A stretch of DNA of 63,982 bases, counting the filler, from an uncultured bacterium (lineage in GTDB: Bacteria > CAZDME01 > JAYEMH01): the NCBI GenBank assembly GCA_964506785.1. It is 6 parts of 6 records of this genome, joined end to end, with 100 filler letters (N's around TTAATTAATTAA, not from the genome) between each part and the next. Parts side by side here need not be neighbours in the genome. Positions count along the whole stretch, not along the records: positions 1 to 12,242 come from CAZDME010000042.1; 5 more parts are not named here. One strand, written 5' to 3'. Numbering within the stretch: the stretch's first letter is position 1; each line of letters starts with the position of its first letter. Positions 1 through 9,722 of the stretch are shown piece by piece. The notes under the pieces are model-generated. The model did not search any database. It was not told the origin of the DNA and worked only from the letters and a program-made list of their open reading frames with translations. Position numbers and translations under genes: made by a program.

Positions 1-2
1 TT

Positions 3-278
3 ACCTTCGCTACGAATTTTTTATATAAAGCCAGGCTTACTGATATGGAAACCTGTTATAAATTAGTTGAAACTGGTTTATTGAAAGAATTGGGACTTAA
101 ATCAAATCATTTTGAAATCGAACCTGAAATAACCGCAAAAATTCTTAAAAGAGACGTTCCGATTAAAGAGGTGCCGATTAACTACCTGGGAAGAAAATTT
201 CATGAGGGAAAGAAAATTACCTGGCGGGACGGTTTTTCTTCTTTGAGGGTATTGATAAAATATCGGTTTACAGATTAA
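3..278 (+). CDS. GT2 glycosyltransferase (DPM-synthase-like), C-terminal fragment
   Basis: Frame open from the window edge; TDMETCYK, FEIEPEITAK and EGKKITWRDG motifs typical of this GT2 subfamily. Confidence 0.85.
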   Translation, partial: TFATNFLYKARLTDMETCYKLVETGLLKELGLKSNHFEIEPEITAKILKRDVPIKEVPINYLGRKFHEGKKITWRDGFSSLRVLIKYRFTD

Positions 279-310
279 AGCCAAAATTCTGTTAAGTTGA
301 ATTGTAAAGA

Positions 311-1000
311 GTGCAAATCAAAGTCAAAAATATGAGTCGAAATAAACCGTTTGTAACTATTAAATACGCCCAGACGCTGGATGGCAAAATAGCTGACCAG
401 AAAGGGCAGTCGAGATGGATTAGCGGAAGGGAAGCCCGCAAATTCGCCCATCAGTTGAGAGCCGAACACCAGGCTATCCTCGTCGGGGTTAATACAGTGA
501 TAAAGGATGACCCTCTTTTAACCGTTCGTTTGGTCAAGGGTAAGAATCCTCTCCGGATTATTCTGGACTCTCGATTACGCACGCCGCCCGGTTCCAGGAT
601 TATAAAGGGGGCTGGTAAGGTCCCGATAATTATTGCCACCACTGTCCGGGCGCCAAAGAGAAAAATTAAATTATTTCAGAAAAGAGGCATAAGAATTATT
701 GTTGTCCCCGGAGGTAAAGCAGGCGGGTTAGATTTGACAAAACTTCTAATTTTTTTAGGCAAATTGAAAATAAAAACCCTGCTGGTCGAAGGAGGGAGTA
801 AGATTATTACGTCTTTTCTAAAGAAAAAATTAGTCGGTAGATTGACACTTCTTATTGCGCCTCGGATTTTAGGAAAAGACTTGGCGGCCATTGGTGATTT
901 AGAAATTTCCGGGATTAATAAAAGCCTCAAATTTAAATTAGAAGAAGTGAAAAAAACAGGGAAGGATCTGATTATCGTAAATAAAGTAGTTAGGAGATAG
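311..1000 (+). CDS. RibD C-terminal-type reductase (stand-alone, no deaminase domain); start may be ATG 332
   Basis: KYAQTLDGKIA, ILVGVNTVIKDDPLLTVR, LLVEGGS motifs. Confidence 0.85.
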   Translation: MQIKVKNMSRNKPFVTIKYAQTLDGKIADQKGQSRWISGREARKFAHQLRAEHQAILVGVNTVIKDDPLLTVRLVKGKNPLRIILDSRLRTPPGSRIIKGAGKVPIIIATTVRAPKRKIKLFQKRGIRIIVVPGGKAGGLDLTKLLIFLGKLKIKTLLVEGGSKIITSFLKKKLVGRLTLLIAPRILGKDLAAIGDLEISGINKSLKFKLEEVKKTGKDLIIVNKVVRR

Positions 1001-1032
1001 CAGTCAGTAGACAGTAAGAAGTCCGGTGGAAA

Positions 1033-1557
1033 ATGAAATTGAGGTTTATTTACGTTTTAATTTTTGGCTGTTTGTTATTTAAAGGAGGTGGAATTATGGC
1101 TCTAGAATTGAAAAGCGCAGCCTTTGGCAATAATGAGTTTATTCCCGAAGAATACACCTGTCAGGGGGAAGATATTTCGCCGCCTCTCAGCTGGTCAGAG
1201 GTTCCGGAAGGGACAAAAAGCTTTGCTCTTATTTGTGATGACCCGGATGCCCCGGCGGGAACCTGGGTGCATTGGGTTATATATAACATTCCTCCAGGAG
1301 AGCAGGGCTTTTCTCCTGGAGTAAAAAGTCAAGAAACATTAGGAAATGGCAGCAAACAGGGGATGACTGACTTTGGAAGGGTAGGTTACGGTGGCCCCTG
1401 TCCGCCGCCAGGGAATCCACACCGTTATTTCTTTAAACTTTATGCCCTGGATGTATTACTTAATATCAATCCCGGTTTGACTAAAAAAGAGCTTTTGCAA
1501 AAGATAGAGGGCCATATAATCGAAGAAACCCAGATTATTGGTAAGTTCAGGCGCTGA
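1033..1557 (+). CDS. YbhB/YbcL (PEBP, Raf-kinase-inhibitor-like) protein; alternative start at 1096 after AAGGAGG
   Basis: DDPDAP, WVHWVIYNIP, GYGGPCPPPG, HRYFFKLYALD. Confidence 0.92.
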   Translation: MKLRFIYVLIFGCLLFKGGGIMALELKSAAFGNNEFIPEEYTCQGEDISPPLSWSEVPEGTKSFALICDDPDAPAGTWVHWVIYNIPPGEQGFSPGVKSQETLGNGSKQGMTDFGRVGYGGPCPPPGNPHRYFFKLYALDVLLNINPGLTKKELLQKIEGHIIEETQIIGKFRR

Positions 1558-1572
1558 GAATATTAAAGATAG

Positions 1573-3390
1573 ATGAATATTTTAGGAATCTCTGCTTTTT
1601 ATCATGACAGTGCCGCCTGCTTGGTTCAGGACGGAAGGATATCTTCGGCTGTTCAAGAAGAGAGGTTTACCCGAAAAAAACACGATTTTTCTTTCCCTCA
1701 AAATGCCGTTAAGGCTTGTTTGAAAGAAGCTAAACTACACGTTGAAGATTTAAATTTCGTTGTTTTCTACGACAAGCCATTCGTGAAATTCGAACGGATA
1801 CTCAATTCTTATCTTGCCTATGCCCCCTTTGGGATTAACTCTTTTATCAAGGCTGTTCCATTATGGATAAAGGGGAAATTGTGGATAAAGGATATTATAA
1901 GAGGCGAGCTTAAATTTGAAGGAAAGATTCTTTTTTGTGAACATCACCAGTCTCATGCGGCTTCAGCTTTTTTCCCTTCACCCTTTCCGGAAGCGGCTTT
2001 TCTTACCATTGACGGCGTCGGCGAATGGGCGACGGCGAGTTTTGGAAAGGGTGAGGCTAACCAGATAAAAATTATGAAAGAGATTTACTTTCCTCACTCC
2101 CTGGGCCTTCTTTATTCAGCCTTTACTTATTATGCCGGGTTTAAAGTGAATTCCGGCGAATATAAACTTATGGGTTTAGCGCCTTATGGCGAACCTAAGT
2201 ATAAAGACTTAATTCTTTCTGAGTTAGTAGATTTGAAAGAAGATGGCTCCTTTAAAATTAATATGGAGTATTTTTCTTATGGGGCCGGCCTTAAGATGAT
2301 TAATAAAAAATTCGAGAAATTATTCGGCGGCCCAGCCAGAAACCCAGGGGCAAAATTAAGGCAGCGCGATATGGATATAGCCGCCTCCATACAGAAAGTA
2401 ACCGAAGAAATCATGCTGCGCATGGCGAATTATGTTTATAAAGAAACCAACCAGAAGAATCTTTGCTTAGCCGGAGGCGCGGCTTTAAATTGCGTCGGTA
2501 ACGGAAGAATTTTACGCCAGGGGCCGTTTGAAAATATTTGGATACAGCCGGCGGCCAGCGATGCCGGAGGGGCCTTAGGAGCGGCTTTGTTTGTCTGGTA
2601 CCAATACTTAGGCAATAAAAGAATCTCTGACGGCATTCATGATTTTCAACAGGGCTCATTACTTGGCCCGGCATTTAAAGAAGGCTATATATCAAGTTAC
2701 TTAAAGGCTAACAGAATATCTTGTCTGGAATTGAAGGACGAAGAAATCCCGGAAAGAATAGCTGACTTAATTGCCGCCCAGAAAGTAATCGGCCTTTTCC
2801 AAGGGCGAATGGAGTTTGGCCCCCGGGCTCTGGGTAACCGCTCGATTATCGGCGACGCCCGTTCGCCCAAAATGCAGGAGATAATTAATTTGAAGATTAA
2901 ATTCCGGGAAAGTTTTCGCCCCTTCGCCCCGGCAGTAATGAAGGAAAAGGTTTCTGACTTTTTTGAGATAGATAGGGAAAGTCCGTATATGCTATTGGTA
3001 GCTTCGGTAAAAAAGAATATCCGCAAGGAACTATCTTCCGAAGAGATGGAATTGCCAGGTCTTGAGAAGCGGCGTCTGGCCCGTTCCAATATCCCGGCGG
3101 TCACCCACGTCGATTATTCCGCCCGTATTCAGACCGTCGATAAAGAAATCAATCTCAGATTTTATAAAATAATCGAAAGTTTTTATAAAAAGTATGGCAC
3201 GCCGGTAGTTATCAATACCTCCTTTAATGTCAGGGGTGAGCCGATTGTCTGCACGCCGGAGGACGCCTATTTATGTTTTAGGCGCACCAATATGGATTAT
3301 CTGCTTATGGGAAATTTTTTGCTCGAAAAAAAAGAACAAAAACCGTTGGATAAAGATAGGGATTGGCTTCGAGAGTTCGAGTTAGACTAA
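1573..3390 (+). CDS. Carbamoyltransferase, NodU/CmcH family
   Basis: ILGISAFYHDSAA, EHHQSHAASAF, GRMEFGPRALGNRS, NTSFNVRGEPIVC. Confidence 0.95.
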   Translation: MNILGISAFYHDSAACLVQDGRISSAVQEERFTRKKHDFSFPQNAVKACLKEAKLHVEDLNFVVFYDKPFVKFERILNSYLAYAPFGINSFIKAVPLWIKGKLWIKDIIRGELKFEGKILFCEHHQSHAASAFFPSPFPEAAFLTIDGVGEWATASFGKGEANQIKIMKEIYFPHSLGLLYSAFTYYAGFKVNSGEYKLMGLAPYGEPKYKDLILSELVDLKEDGSFKINMEYFSYGAGLKMINKKFEKLFGGPARNPGAKLRQRDMDIAASIQKVTEEIMLRMANYVYKETNQKNLCLAGGAALNCVGNGRILRQGPFENIWIQPAASDAGGALGAALFVWYQYLGNKRISDGIHDFQQGSLLGPAFKEGYISSYLKANRISCLELKDEEIPERIADLIAAQKVIGLFQGRMEFGPRALGNRSIIGDARSPKMQEIINLKIKFRESFRPFAPAVMKEKVSDFFEIDRESPYMLLVASVKKNIRKELSSEEMELPGLEKRRLARSNIPAVTHVDYSARIQTVDKEINLRFYKIIESFYKKYGTPVVINTSFNVRGEPIVCTPEDAYLCFRRTNMDYLLMGNFLLEKKEQKPLDKDRDWLREFELD

Positions 3391-3396
3391 AAAACG

Positions 3397-3813
3397 ATGA
3401 TTATAGAAGAATTTAGAAATATCAAAAGCGGAAAGGAGGCCTTGCGGAAGTTTGGTATAACGCTGGCAATCGTTTTTTCTTTATTGAGCCTGTTTTTCTT
3501 TTGGAGGGGGAGGGGTTTTTATATTTATTTTTTACTGGCGGCCTCTCTATTTTTATTTTCTGCCTTACTTAAACCGCTTGTATTAAAACCGGTCCAAAAG
3601 GGATGGATGATTTTTGGCCTGCTTATCGCTTGGTTTATCACCAGGACGGTTCTAATTTTTTTATTTTATCTGGTGGTTACCCCGATTGCTCTCCTGGCAA
3701 AATTAACCGGCAAAAGATTTTTGGATTTGAAATTTAAAGATAATAGAAATAGTTATTGGATAATTAAAGCCGGGCAAAAATTCGAAAAATCCGATTATGA
3801 ACGGCAATTTTAA
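3397..3813 (+). CDS. SxtJ-family membrane protein
   Basis: LRKFG N-terminal motif, hydrophobic helices, SYWI...YERQF C-terminus; follows the carbamoyltransferase. Confidence 0.85.
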   Translation: MIIEEFRNIKSGKEALRKFGITLAIVFSLLSLFFFWRGRGFYIYFLLAASLFLFSALLKPLVLKPVQKGWMIFGLLIAWFITRTVLIFLFYLVVTPIALLAKLTGKRFLDLKFKDNRNSYWIIKAGQKFEKSDYERQF

Positions 3814-3831
3814 AAGAAGGAGGTTCATCAG

Positions 3832-3990
3832 GTGAGTAAACTTTCGATTATTAAAGAATTCTGGATTTTTTTAAAGGATAATAAAAAATGGTGGCTGCTG
3901 CCGATTGTTATTGTTTTTCTTCTTTTAGGGGCTTTGATTCTGTTTAGCGAGAGCTCGGCCGTGGTACCCTTTATTTATGCCCTTTTTTAG
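3832..3990 (+). CDS. Small membrane protein, DUF5989/SxtK-like (52 aa; absent from ORF track)
   Basis: AGGAGG then GTG; translates MSKLSIIKEFWIFLKDNKKWWLLPIVIVFLLLGALILFSESSAVVPFIYALF. Confidence 0.85.
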   Translation: MSKLSIIKEFWIFLKDNKKWWLLPIVIVFLLLGALILFSESSAVVPFIYALF

Positions 3991-4158
3991 TTAGGAAAAG
4001 CAGTTTGATTCGATTGATTTACCTCGCTTTGGCAGCCATAGTTTTTAACCGGAATTTATTATGGCCGATGGCTTAAGATAGAGTTTTGGTCCCGAGCCTC
4101 AGTCCTATGCCGCCTTTTTCCTTGACTTTTCCCTGACTGTTTTATAAGATAATGTGCT

Positions 4159-4929
4159 ATGTTTATGGGGAAGGCCAAGGAGATAATTCAGAGGCGCCAG
4201 CTAATCTGGAATCTGGTTTTGAGGAATCTCAAAATCCGCTATAAAAGCTCATTTTTAGGCTTTTTGTGGACACTTTTGAATCCTCTATTTATGACACTAA
4301 TATACCTTATATTTATCGGTATATTGAGATTTAACATAGATATAAGGGTTTTGCTTACCGGGATTATGCCCTGGCAGTTTTTTGTCATGTGCATGAGCGA
4401 TTCGGTTAATTCAGTCTCCGGTAATGCAAACCTGGTTAAAAAGACCTATTTCCCGCGGATTATTCTTCCTTTCTCCATGGTGGTGGCCAATTTAGTCAAT
4501 TTTCTCCTTTCCCTGGTTGTGCTTTTTTTCCTGCTTATTTTCTTTAAAACCAGCTTTTCTTTAATGCTTGGTTTTCTTCCGCTTATAATTATTATCCAGA
4601 CGTTATTTATCTTGGGACTCTCTTTAATAATTTCCTGTTCCAACGTCTATTTTCGGGATACAGAGCATATTGTCAGTGTGCTACTTCTGGCCTGGTTTTT
4701 TCTCACCCCCATTCTTTATCCCATAAAAATGGTTCCGGAACGGTTCTTGTCTATTTATTTTTTAAACCCGATGGCCTCTATTGTTGCCCTTTACCGGACG
4801 GTTTTTCTGGGGCAGGCCCTGCCTGAGTGGCAGCTGCTTGGCCTTTCTTTAGGTATTGCCTTTGTTCTTCTGGCTGTCGGGGGCCGGGTCTTTTTAAAAT
4901 TCGAACACTATTTTGCCGATGAGCTATAA
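4159..4929 (+). CDS. wzm: ABC-2 polysaccharide export permease
   Basis: LKIRYKSSFLGFLWTLLNPL, FRDTEHIV, TPILYP; about six TM segments. Confidence 0.92.
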   Translation: MFMGKAKEIIQRRQLIWNLVLRNLKIRYKSSFLGFLWTLLNPLFMTLIYLIFIGILRFNIDIRVLLTGIMPWQFFVMCMSDSVNSVSGNANLVKKTYFPRIILPFSMVVANLVNFLLSLVVLFFLLIFFKTSFSLMLGFLPLIIIIQTLFILGLSLIISCSNVYFRDTEHIVSVLLLAWFFLTPILYPIKMVPERFLSIYFLNPMASIVALYRTVFLGQALPEWQLLGLSLGIAFVLLAVGGRVFLKFEHYFADEL

Positions 4930-6127
4930 TCCGATTGAAATAGAAGATTTAGGGAAAAGGTTTTATCCCCGCAGGGAGCGCTACCGGACGCTTAAATCCA
5001 CCGTTGTTGACCTTTTAAAATTAAAAAGGGGAGTGCAAAAAAGCGAATTCTGGGCATTGCGCCATCTGAGTTTCTGCGTAAAAAAAGGAGAGACATTAGG
5101 CATTATCGGAGCTAACGGAGCGGGTAAAAGCACTCTCTTGGGCTTAATTGCCAATACGATGCTTCCCACCGAAGGAAAAATCAGGGTCGAGGGGAGAATG
5201 TCGACTCTTTTGGAGCTGGGAGCCGGTTTCCATCCGGATCTCACCGGACGGGAAAATATATTTTTAAACGGTTCCATCCTGGGACTGGAGCGGAGAGAAA
5301 TTGAAAAAAGGTTTGACCAGATTGTCGCTTTCTCGCAACTCGAGTCTTTTATCGATGTCCCGGTAAAGCACTATTCTTCCGGTATGTATGTCCGTTTGGG
5401 CTTTTCTATCGCCGTAGAGGTGGATCCGGATATTCTCTTGATAGATGAAGTGCTGGCCGTCGGCGATGAAACCTTCCGGAAGAAATGTTTAAACAAAATC
5501 GTTGATTTCCAGAAAAGAGGGAAAACCATGCTTATTGTTTCCCATGACCTGGAGACATTGAAGAAAATATGTGACCGGATAATGCTGATTGACGAGGGTA
5601 AATTCATCGATATGGGTTTACCCCTTGAGGTCGTGGAGAAATACAGGGAATTGGGCTTGCATAAGCAGGCCGGTATTTTAGTCAAAGAATGGGGGACCAG
5701 AGAGGTTGAAATAAAAGGGGTTAAATTTCTGAATGCCCGGGGCGAGGAAACCCAGCATTTTCTCACCGGTGATAAGATTACGGTGAACATTCCTTTTTAT
5801 GCTAAGAGGAGAATCGAGAGGCCTTGCTTTGGTTTTGCCGTCACCGATAAAGAAGGAAGAATCTGCTATGGGACAAATACGCTTTTAGAAAAATATTCCA
5901 TTCCATTTATCGAAGGCAAGGGGGTTATGAGTTTGATTATCGATTCCATCCCGTTTTTTCACGGGAAATATTTTTTTTCATTAGCCGTTCATTCCGAAGA
6001 CCACCAGGCCCATTATCATCGCCTGGATAATCAATATGTTATTTGGGTGGAGAGCGGGAAGAAAACAGAAGGTTTTGTAGAAATACCCTGCCGGTGGGAG
6101 ATAAAATCGGTAGTAGGTGATAGGTAG
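4919..6127 (+). CDS. wzt: ABC polysaccharide export ATPase with C-terminal Wzt_C-like domain
   Basis: Walker A GANGAGKS, YSSGMYVRLGFS signature, DEVLAVGD; about 150-aa C-terminal extension. Confidence 0.93.
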   Translation: MSYNPIEIEDLGKRFYPRRERYRTLKSTVVDLLKLKRGVQKSEFWALRHLSFCVKKGETLGIIGANGAGKSTLLGLIANTMLPTEGKIRVEGRMSTLLELGAGFHPDLTGRENIFLNGSILGLERREIEKRFDQIVAFSQLESFIDVPVKHYSSGMYVRLGFSIAVEVDPDILLIDEVLAVGDETFRKKCLNKIVDFQKRGKTMLIVSHDLETLKKICDRIMLIDEGKFIDMGLPLEVVEKYRELGLHKQAGILVKEWGTREVEIKGVKFLNARGEETQHFLTGDKITVNIPFYAKRRIERPCFGFAVTDKEGRICYGTNTLLEKYSIPFIEGKGVMSLIIDSIPFFHGKYFFSLAVHSEDHQAHYHRLDNQYVIWVESGKKTEGFVEIPCRWEIKSVVGDR

Positions 6128-6138
6128 AAGGAGATAAG

Positions 6139-6564
6139 ATGAAAGATATTTTTGAAATTAAGGATGAGAAAGTTGATGTTCAAAGAATTATGGAAATTAT
6201 CGATAGGAGAATTACCGAAAAAAAGAAAGCCGGGCTTTACGACAAATACGATTTGAGCCGGGTAAGCAGCCTGGAGATTAAAAAAATCACTGATGACCGG
6301 GATTTTCTTGAGTATTACCTTAAGGTGATTAAAAAAAACTCTGATATCGATATCGGGGACTTTGAAATACATTCTAAGGGAGGCCCCCTGGGGAAACCGG
6401 TTGTCTGGATAAAAAAGATTATCTGGAAATTATTGAAGTTTTATACCTACCGCCTTTTCAGCCAGCAGAAAGAATTCAATGCCCAGGTAACCAATACCCT
6501 CCTCAGCTTGAATCAGAAGATAGACAAATCTTTGGCCGAGATTAAAGATAAAATTAAAAAATAA
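6139..6564 (+). CDS. Hypothetical coiled-coil protein in the polysaccharide operon
   Basis: AAGGAG RBS, tight operon spacing; no recognisable catalytic motif. Confidence 0.75.
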   Translation: MKDIFEIKDEKVDVQRIMEIIDRRITEKKKAGLYDKYDLSRVSSLEIKKITDDRDFLEYYLKVIKKNSDIDIGDFEIHSKGGPLGKPVVWIKKIIWKLLKFYTYRLFSQQKEFNAQVTNTLLSLNQKIDKSLAEIKDKIKK

Positions 6565-6578
6565 GGAAAAAGTAAGGA

Positions 6579-7772
6579 ATGGGTAGAAAAAGACGGATTG
6601 CTTTTATCGTGCCCCGTTATGAGCCTGTATCCGCCGGAGGGGCCGAGGTTCACGCCCAGCGTCTGGCGGAAAAGGTGAAAGAACGCGGGCATAATGTCGA
6701 GGTCTTTACTACCTGCGCCCGGGACCATTTTACCTGGAAGAATTTTTATGAACCGGGGAAAAAAATGATTAATGATATCCGGGTCTGGCGTTTCCGGGTT
6801 AACCTTAACCGCCGGGCTGATGAGTTTTTAGCCATTCAGAGCCGGATTGACCGCCGCTTGGATATTTCCGGTGAAGAAGAGATTAAATGGGTCAAAGAAA
6901 GCGTAAATTCCGACGAGTTATATGATTATATTGCGAAATACCGCCGTAATTACGACTGTTTTATCTTTATTCCTTATCTATTCGGTTTAACCTACTGGGG
7001 GACCCAGGTCTGTCCGGAGAAATCCATCCTCATTCCCTGCCTGCACGACGAGCCCTTTGCCTACCTTAAGATTTATAAAGATTTATTCCAGCGGGTAAGG
7101 GGATTAATGTGTAATACCTTTCCGGAAATCGAATTGGCCAAAGAGCTTTATCGGCTGCCGGATGAAAAAATTACCATGGTCAGCCTGGGATTTGAAACCG
7201 GGAGAAGATATAATCCGGAAAATTTCAGAAAAAAGTATGCTTTAAGGGCTCCTTTCGTCCTTTTTGCCGGCCGAAGAGAAGGAGGGAAAAACACCCCTCT
7301 CTTAATCGAATATTTCAGGACTTATAAGCGGTATAACAAAAATGATTTAAAATTGGTCCTTATGGGGACTGGTGAAGTAAATATTCCTCCTGAAGGGAGA
7401 AAGGAAATTTTAGACCTTGGTTACCTGAAAGAGGCAGGGGATAAACTTGGCGGGTTTAGCGCCGCTTTAGTTTTCTGCCAGCCCTCAGTCAATGAAAGCC
7501 TCTCGATTGTGACCATGGAATCCTGGCTTTCCGGCCGGCCGGTTTTAGTCCATCATGACTGCCGGGTGACCAGGGATAACTGCCGGCGCAGTCGAGGCGG
7601 GCTGTTTTTTAAAAATTATTTTGAATTTGAAGAATGTCTTAATTTTTTCTTAAGAGAAAAGGAGTTAGCCGACCGCATGGGTGAGAACGGCAGACGTTAT
7701 GTAGAGAAAAATTATAGCTGGCCGGCGGTTCTGGATAGATTCGAAGAGGCTTTGGATAAGTTTGGGGTGTGA
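6579..7772 (+). CDS. GT4 glycosyltransferase
   Basis: GGAEVH N-terminal motif, PSVNESLSIVTMESW (EX7E-like). Confidence 0.9.
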   Translation: MGRKRRIAFIVPRYEPVSAGGAEVHAQRLAEKVKERGHNVEVFTTCARDHFTWKNFYEPGKKMINDIRVWRFRVNLNRRADEFLAIQSRIDRRLDISGEEEIKWVKESVNSDELYDYIAKYRRNYDCFIFIPYLFGLTYWGTQVCPEKSILIPCLHDEPFAYLKIYKDLFQRVRGLMCNTFPEIELAKELYRLPDEKITMVSLGFETGRRYNPENFRKKYALRAPFVLFAGRREGGKNTPLLIEYFRTYKRYNKNDLKLVLMGTGEVNIPPEGRKEILDLGYLKEAGDKLGGFSAALVFCQPSVNESLSIVTMESWLSGRPVLVHHDCRVTRDNCRRSRGGLFFKNYFEFEECLNFFLREKELADRMGENGRRYVEKNYSWPAVLDRFEEALDKFGV

Positions 7773-7784
7773 GCGAAGGATAAA

Positions 7785-8855
7785 ATGCGAATAAATCAGA
7801 TGCTTCCCGGGTTCAGCCCCGGGGATGCCATAAGTAATTACGTCCTGGAATTACAGAAAATCATAAGAAGCTGGGGGTATCAATCGGAAATTTACTGTAT
7901 CTATCAGCACGCCAGCCGGGAAAGCCGGGTTTTAATCCACGATTACAGCGAATACCGCCTGACGAACAGAGAAAATGATATAACTATTTTTCATTTTTCT
8001 ATCGGTTCCGAACTGACGGAATGTTTTAAAGAGGTTTTGGGGAAGAGAATTCTTGTCTATCACAATATAACCCCGCCTGAATACTTCCAGGCAATAAGCG
8101 ATGAAAAGGCGATGGTTCTTCACGAGGGGAGGAAGGAACTTAAAGAGCTGGCCGGGATTCCTGATTTGGCTCTGGCTGTTTCCGAATATAACCGCCAGGA
8201 GCTCCTTAAGGCCGGTTTTAAGAATACCGGGGTTTTACCTCTAATTGTTAATCTTGGCTATTTATCCGGCAGGCCCAGCCGGAAAATTTTAGCGAAATTT
8301 TCTGATTACTATCATAATTTCCTTTTTGTCGGCCGGGTAGCCCCTAACAAAAAATTAGAGGATATCATTCAAATTTTCTATTATTACAAAAAACTGATAA
8401 ACCCCAAATCGAGATTATTCCTGGTTGGTTCGGCCTCAGGTATAGACCGTTATTTAGCCTATCTGCGCGGATTAATCATTGAGTTGGATTTAGCCGATAT
8501 CCACATTACCGGGCACGTAAAAACAGATGAGCTCTTGGCTTATTACAGCCTGGCGGATGTTTTTATCTGTATGAGTGAGCACGAAGGTTTCTGCATACCT
8601 CTTCTTGAAAGTATGTATTTCAGGGTTCCGATAATTGCTTATCAGGCAGCGGCAATCCCGGAAACGCTGGATGGTTCGGGGATTTTGGTTAAAGAGAAAA
8701 AATTTCCGGCCATTGCGGAAATGGCTGATCTGGTAGTTAAAGATAAAGATTTCAGGACTCAAATTACCAATAGACAAAGTGAAAGATTAAAGGATTTCCA
8801 TACCGTAAAAATAGAAAGGCAGTTGAAAAATTATCTGGGAGGTTGGCTTGAATAG
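7785..8855 (+). CDS. GT4 glycosyltransferase
   Basis: FVGRVAPNK, SEHEGFCIPLLESM (EX7E). Confidence 0.9.
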   Translation: MRINQMLPGFSPGDAISNYVLELQKIIRSWGYQSEIYCIYQHASRESRVLIHDYSEYRLTNRENDITIFHFSIGSELTECFKEVLGKRILVYHNITPPEYFQAISDEKAMVLHEGRKELKELAGIPDLALAVSEYNRQELLKAGFKNTGVLPLIVNLGYLSGRPSRKILAKFSDYYHNFLFVGRVAPNKKLEDIIQIFYYYKKLINPKSRLFLVGSASGIDRYLAYLRGLIIELDLADIHITGHVKTDELLAYYSLADVFICMSEHEGFCIPLLESMYFRVPIIAYQAAAIPETLDGSGILVKEKKFPAIAEMADLVVKDKDFRTQITNRQSERLKDFHTVKIERQLKNYLGGWLE

Positions 8856-9678
8856 AAAAAAATTCTTCAGGCGTGCTTTATTAATATTCGCTTTATTTTC
8901 GTTGATTATCAGCGGATGCGAAAGGTTGTCTTTTAAAAAGAAGTCAAGCAAACTGCCTATCTTGATGTATCATCGGGTTGATATTAAAAAACCTAACAAA
9001 TACTGGGTAGAAGTGGATATGTTTGAAGCGCAAATGGCGGCTTTAAAAAAAGCCGGATTTCAGACGGTTACTTTCCCTCAGGTAGAAGCACATTTAAAGG
9101 GTAAGAAGCCCCTTCCGAGAAAGGCGGTTTTACTTACCTTTGACGATGGGTTCCGGGATTTTTATCTTTATGCTTACCCGGTTTTGAAAAAACATGGATT
9201 TAAGGGAACGGTATTTCTGATTAGCGGCACATTAGCCGACGATGATTCTGGCCGTCTTGATAGCCGCTGGACCGGTGATCCAAAGGAAGAATGGAATCTA
9301 CATTTAATCTGGCCGGAGATTAAAGAAATGGCTGATTATGGAATTGAATTCGGAGGGCATTCCATGACCCATCCTTCTTTGACCAATCAAGCTTTAACGG
9401 ATGAGGATTTATGGCGGGAAATAAATGGATGCAAGGTAATGCTTGAGGAACATTTGGGCCAGAGGATAATTTCTTTTGCCTACCCCGGGGGAGATAATGA
9501 TGAGCGGGTGAGAGGCCTGGTTAAAAAGGCCGGATACAAATTTGCCGTTGGCAGTAAAGGAGGAACTCAGGAAAATATCGAAGAAAGCGATCCTTTTGCC
9601 TTTAAGCGATTAGCTGTTTTTAATCAAGATGCATCTCAGCTTATGTCTCAAATTACCGCGAAAGATAGTAGCCGGTAA
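8848..9678 (+). CDS. Polysaccharide deacetylase (CE4), probable lipoprotein
   Basis: Lipobox-like IISGC; LMYH, TFDDG, HSMTH, FAYPGG motifs. Confidence 0.9.
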   Translation: MNRKKFFRRALLIFALFSLIISGCERLSFKKKSSKLPILMYHRVDIKKPNKYWVEVDMFEAQMAALKKAGFQTVTFPQVEAHLKGKKPLPRKAVLLTFDDGFRDFYLYAYPVLKKHGFKGTVFLISGTLADDDSGRLDSRWTGDPKEEWNLHLIWPEIKEMADYGIEFGGHSMTHPSLTNQALTDEDLWREINGCKVMLEEHLGQRIISFAYPGGDNDERVRGLVKKAGYKFAVGSKGGTQENIEESDPFAFKRLAVFNQDASQLMSQITAKDSSR

Positions 9679-9722
9679 AGATATTTCTGAACGGACTCAA
9701 GGACAAGCAGCGAGGACGGATA

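Noticed and set aside
1573-3990. Saxitoxin biosynthesis cluster
   Set aside because: Only sxtI/J/K-like genes are present; no sxtA or other core genes, and the context is polysaccharide export.
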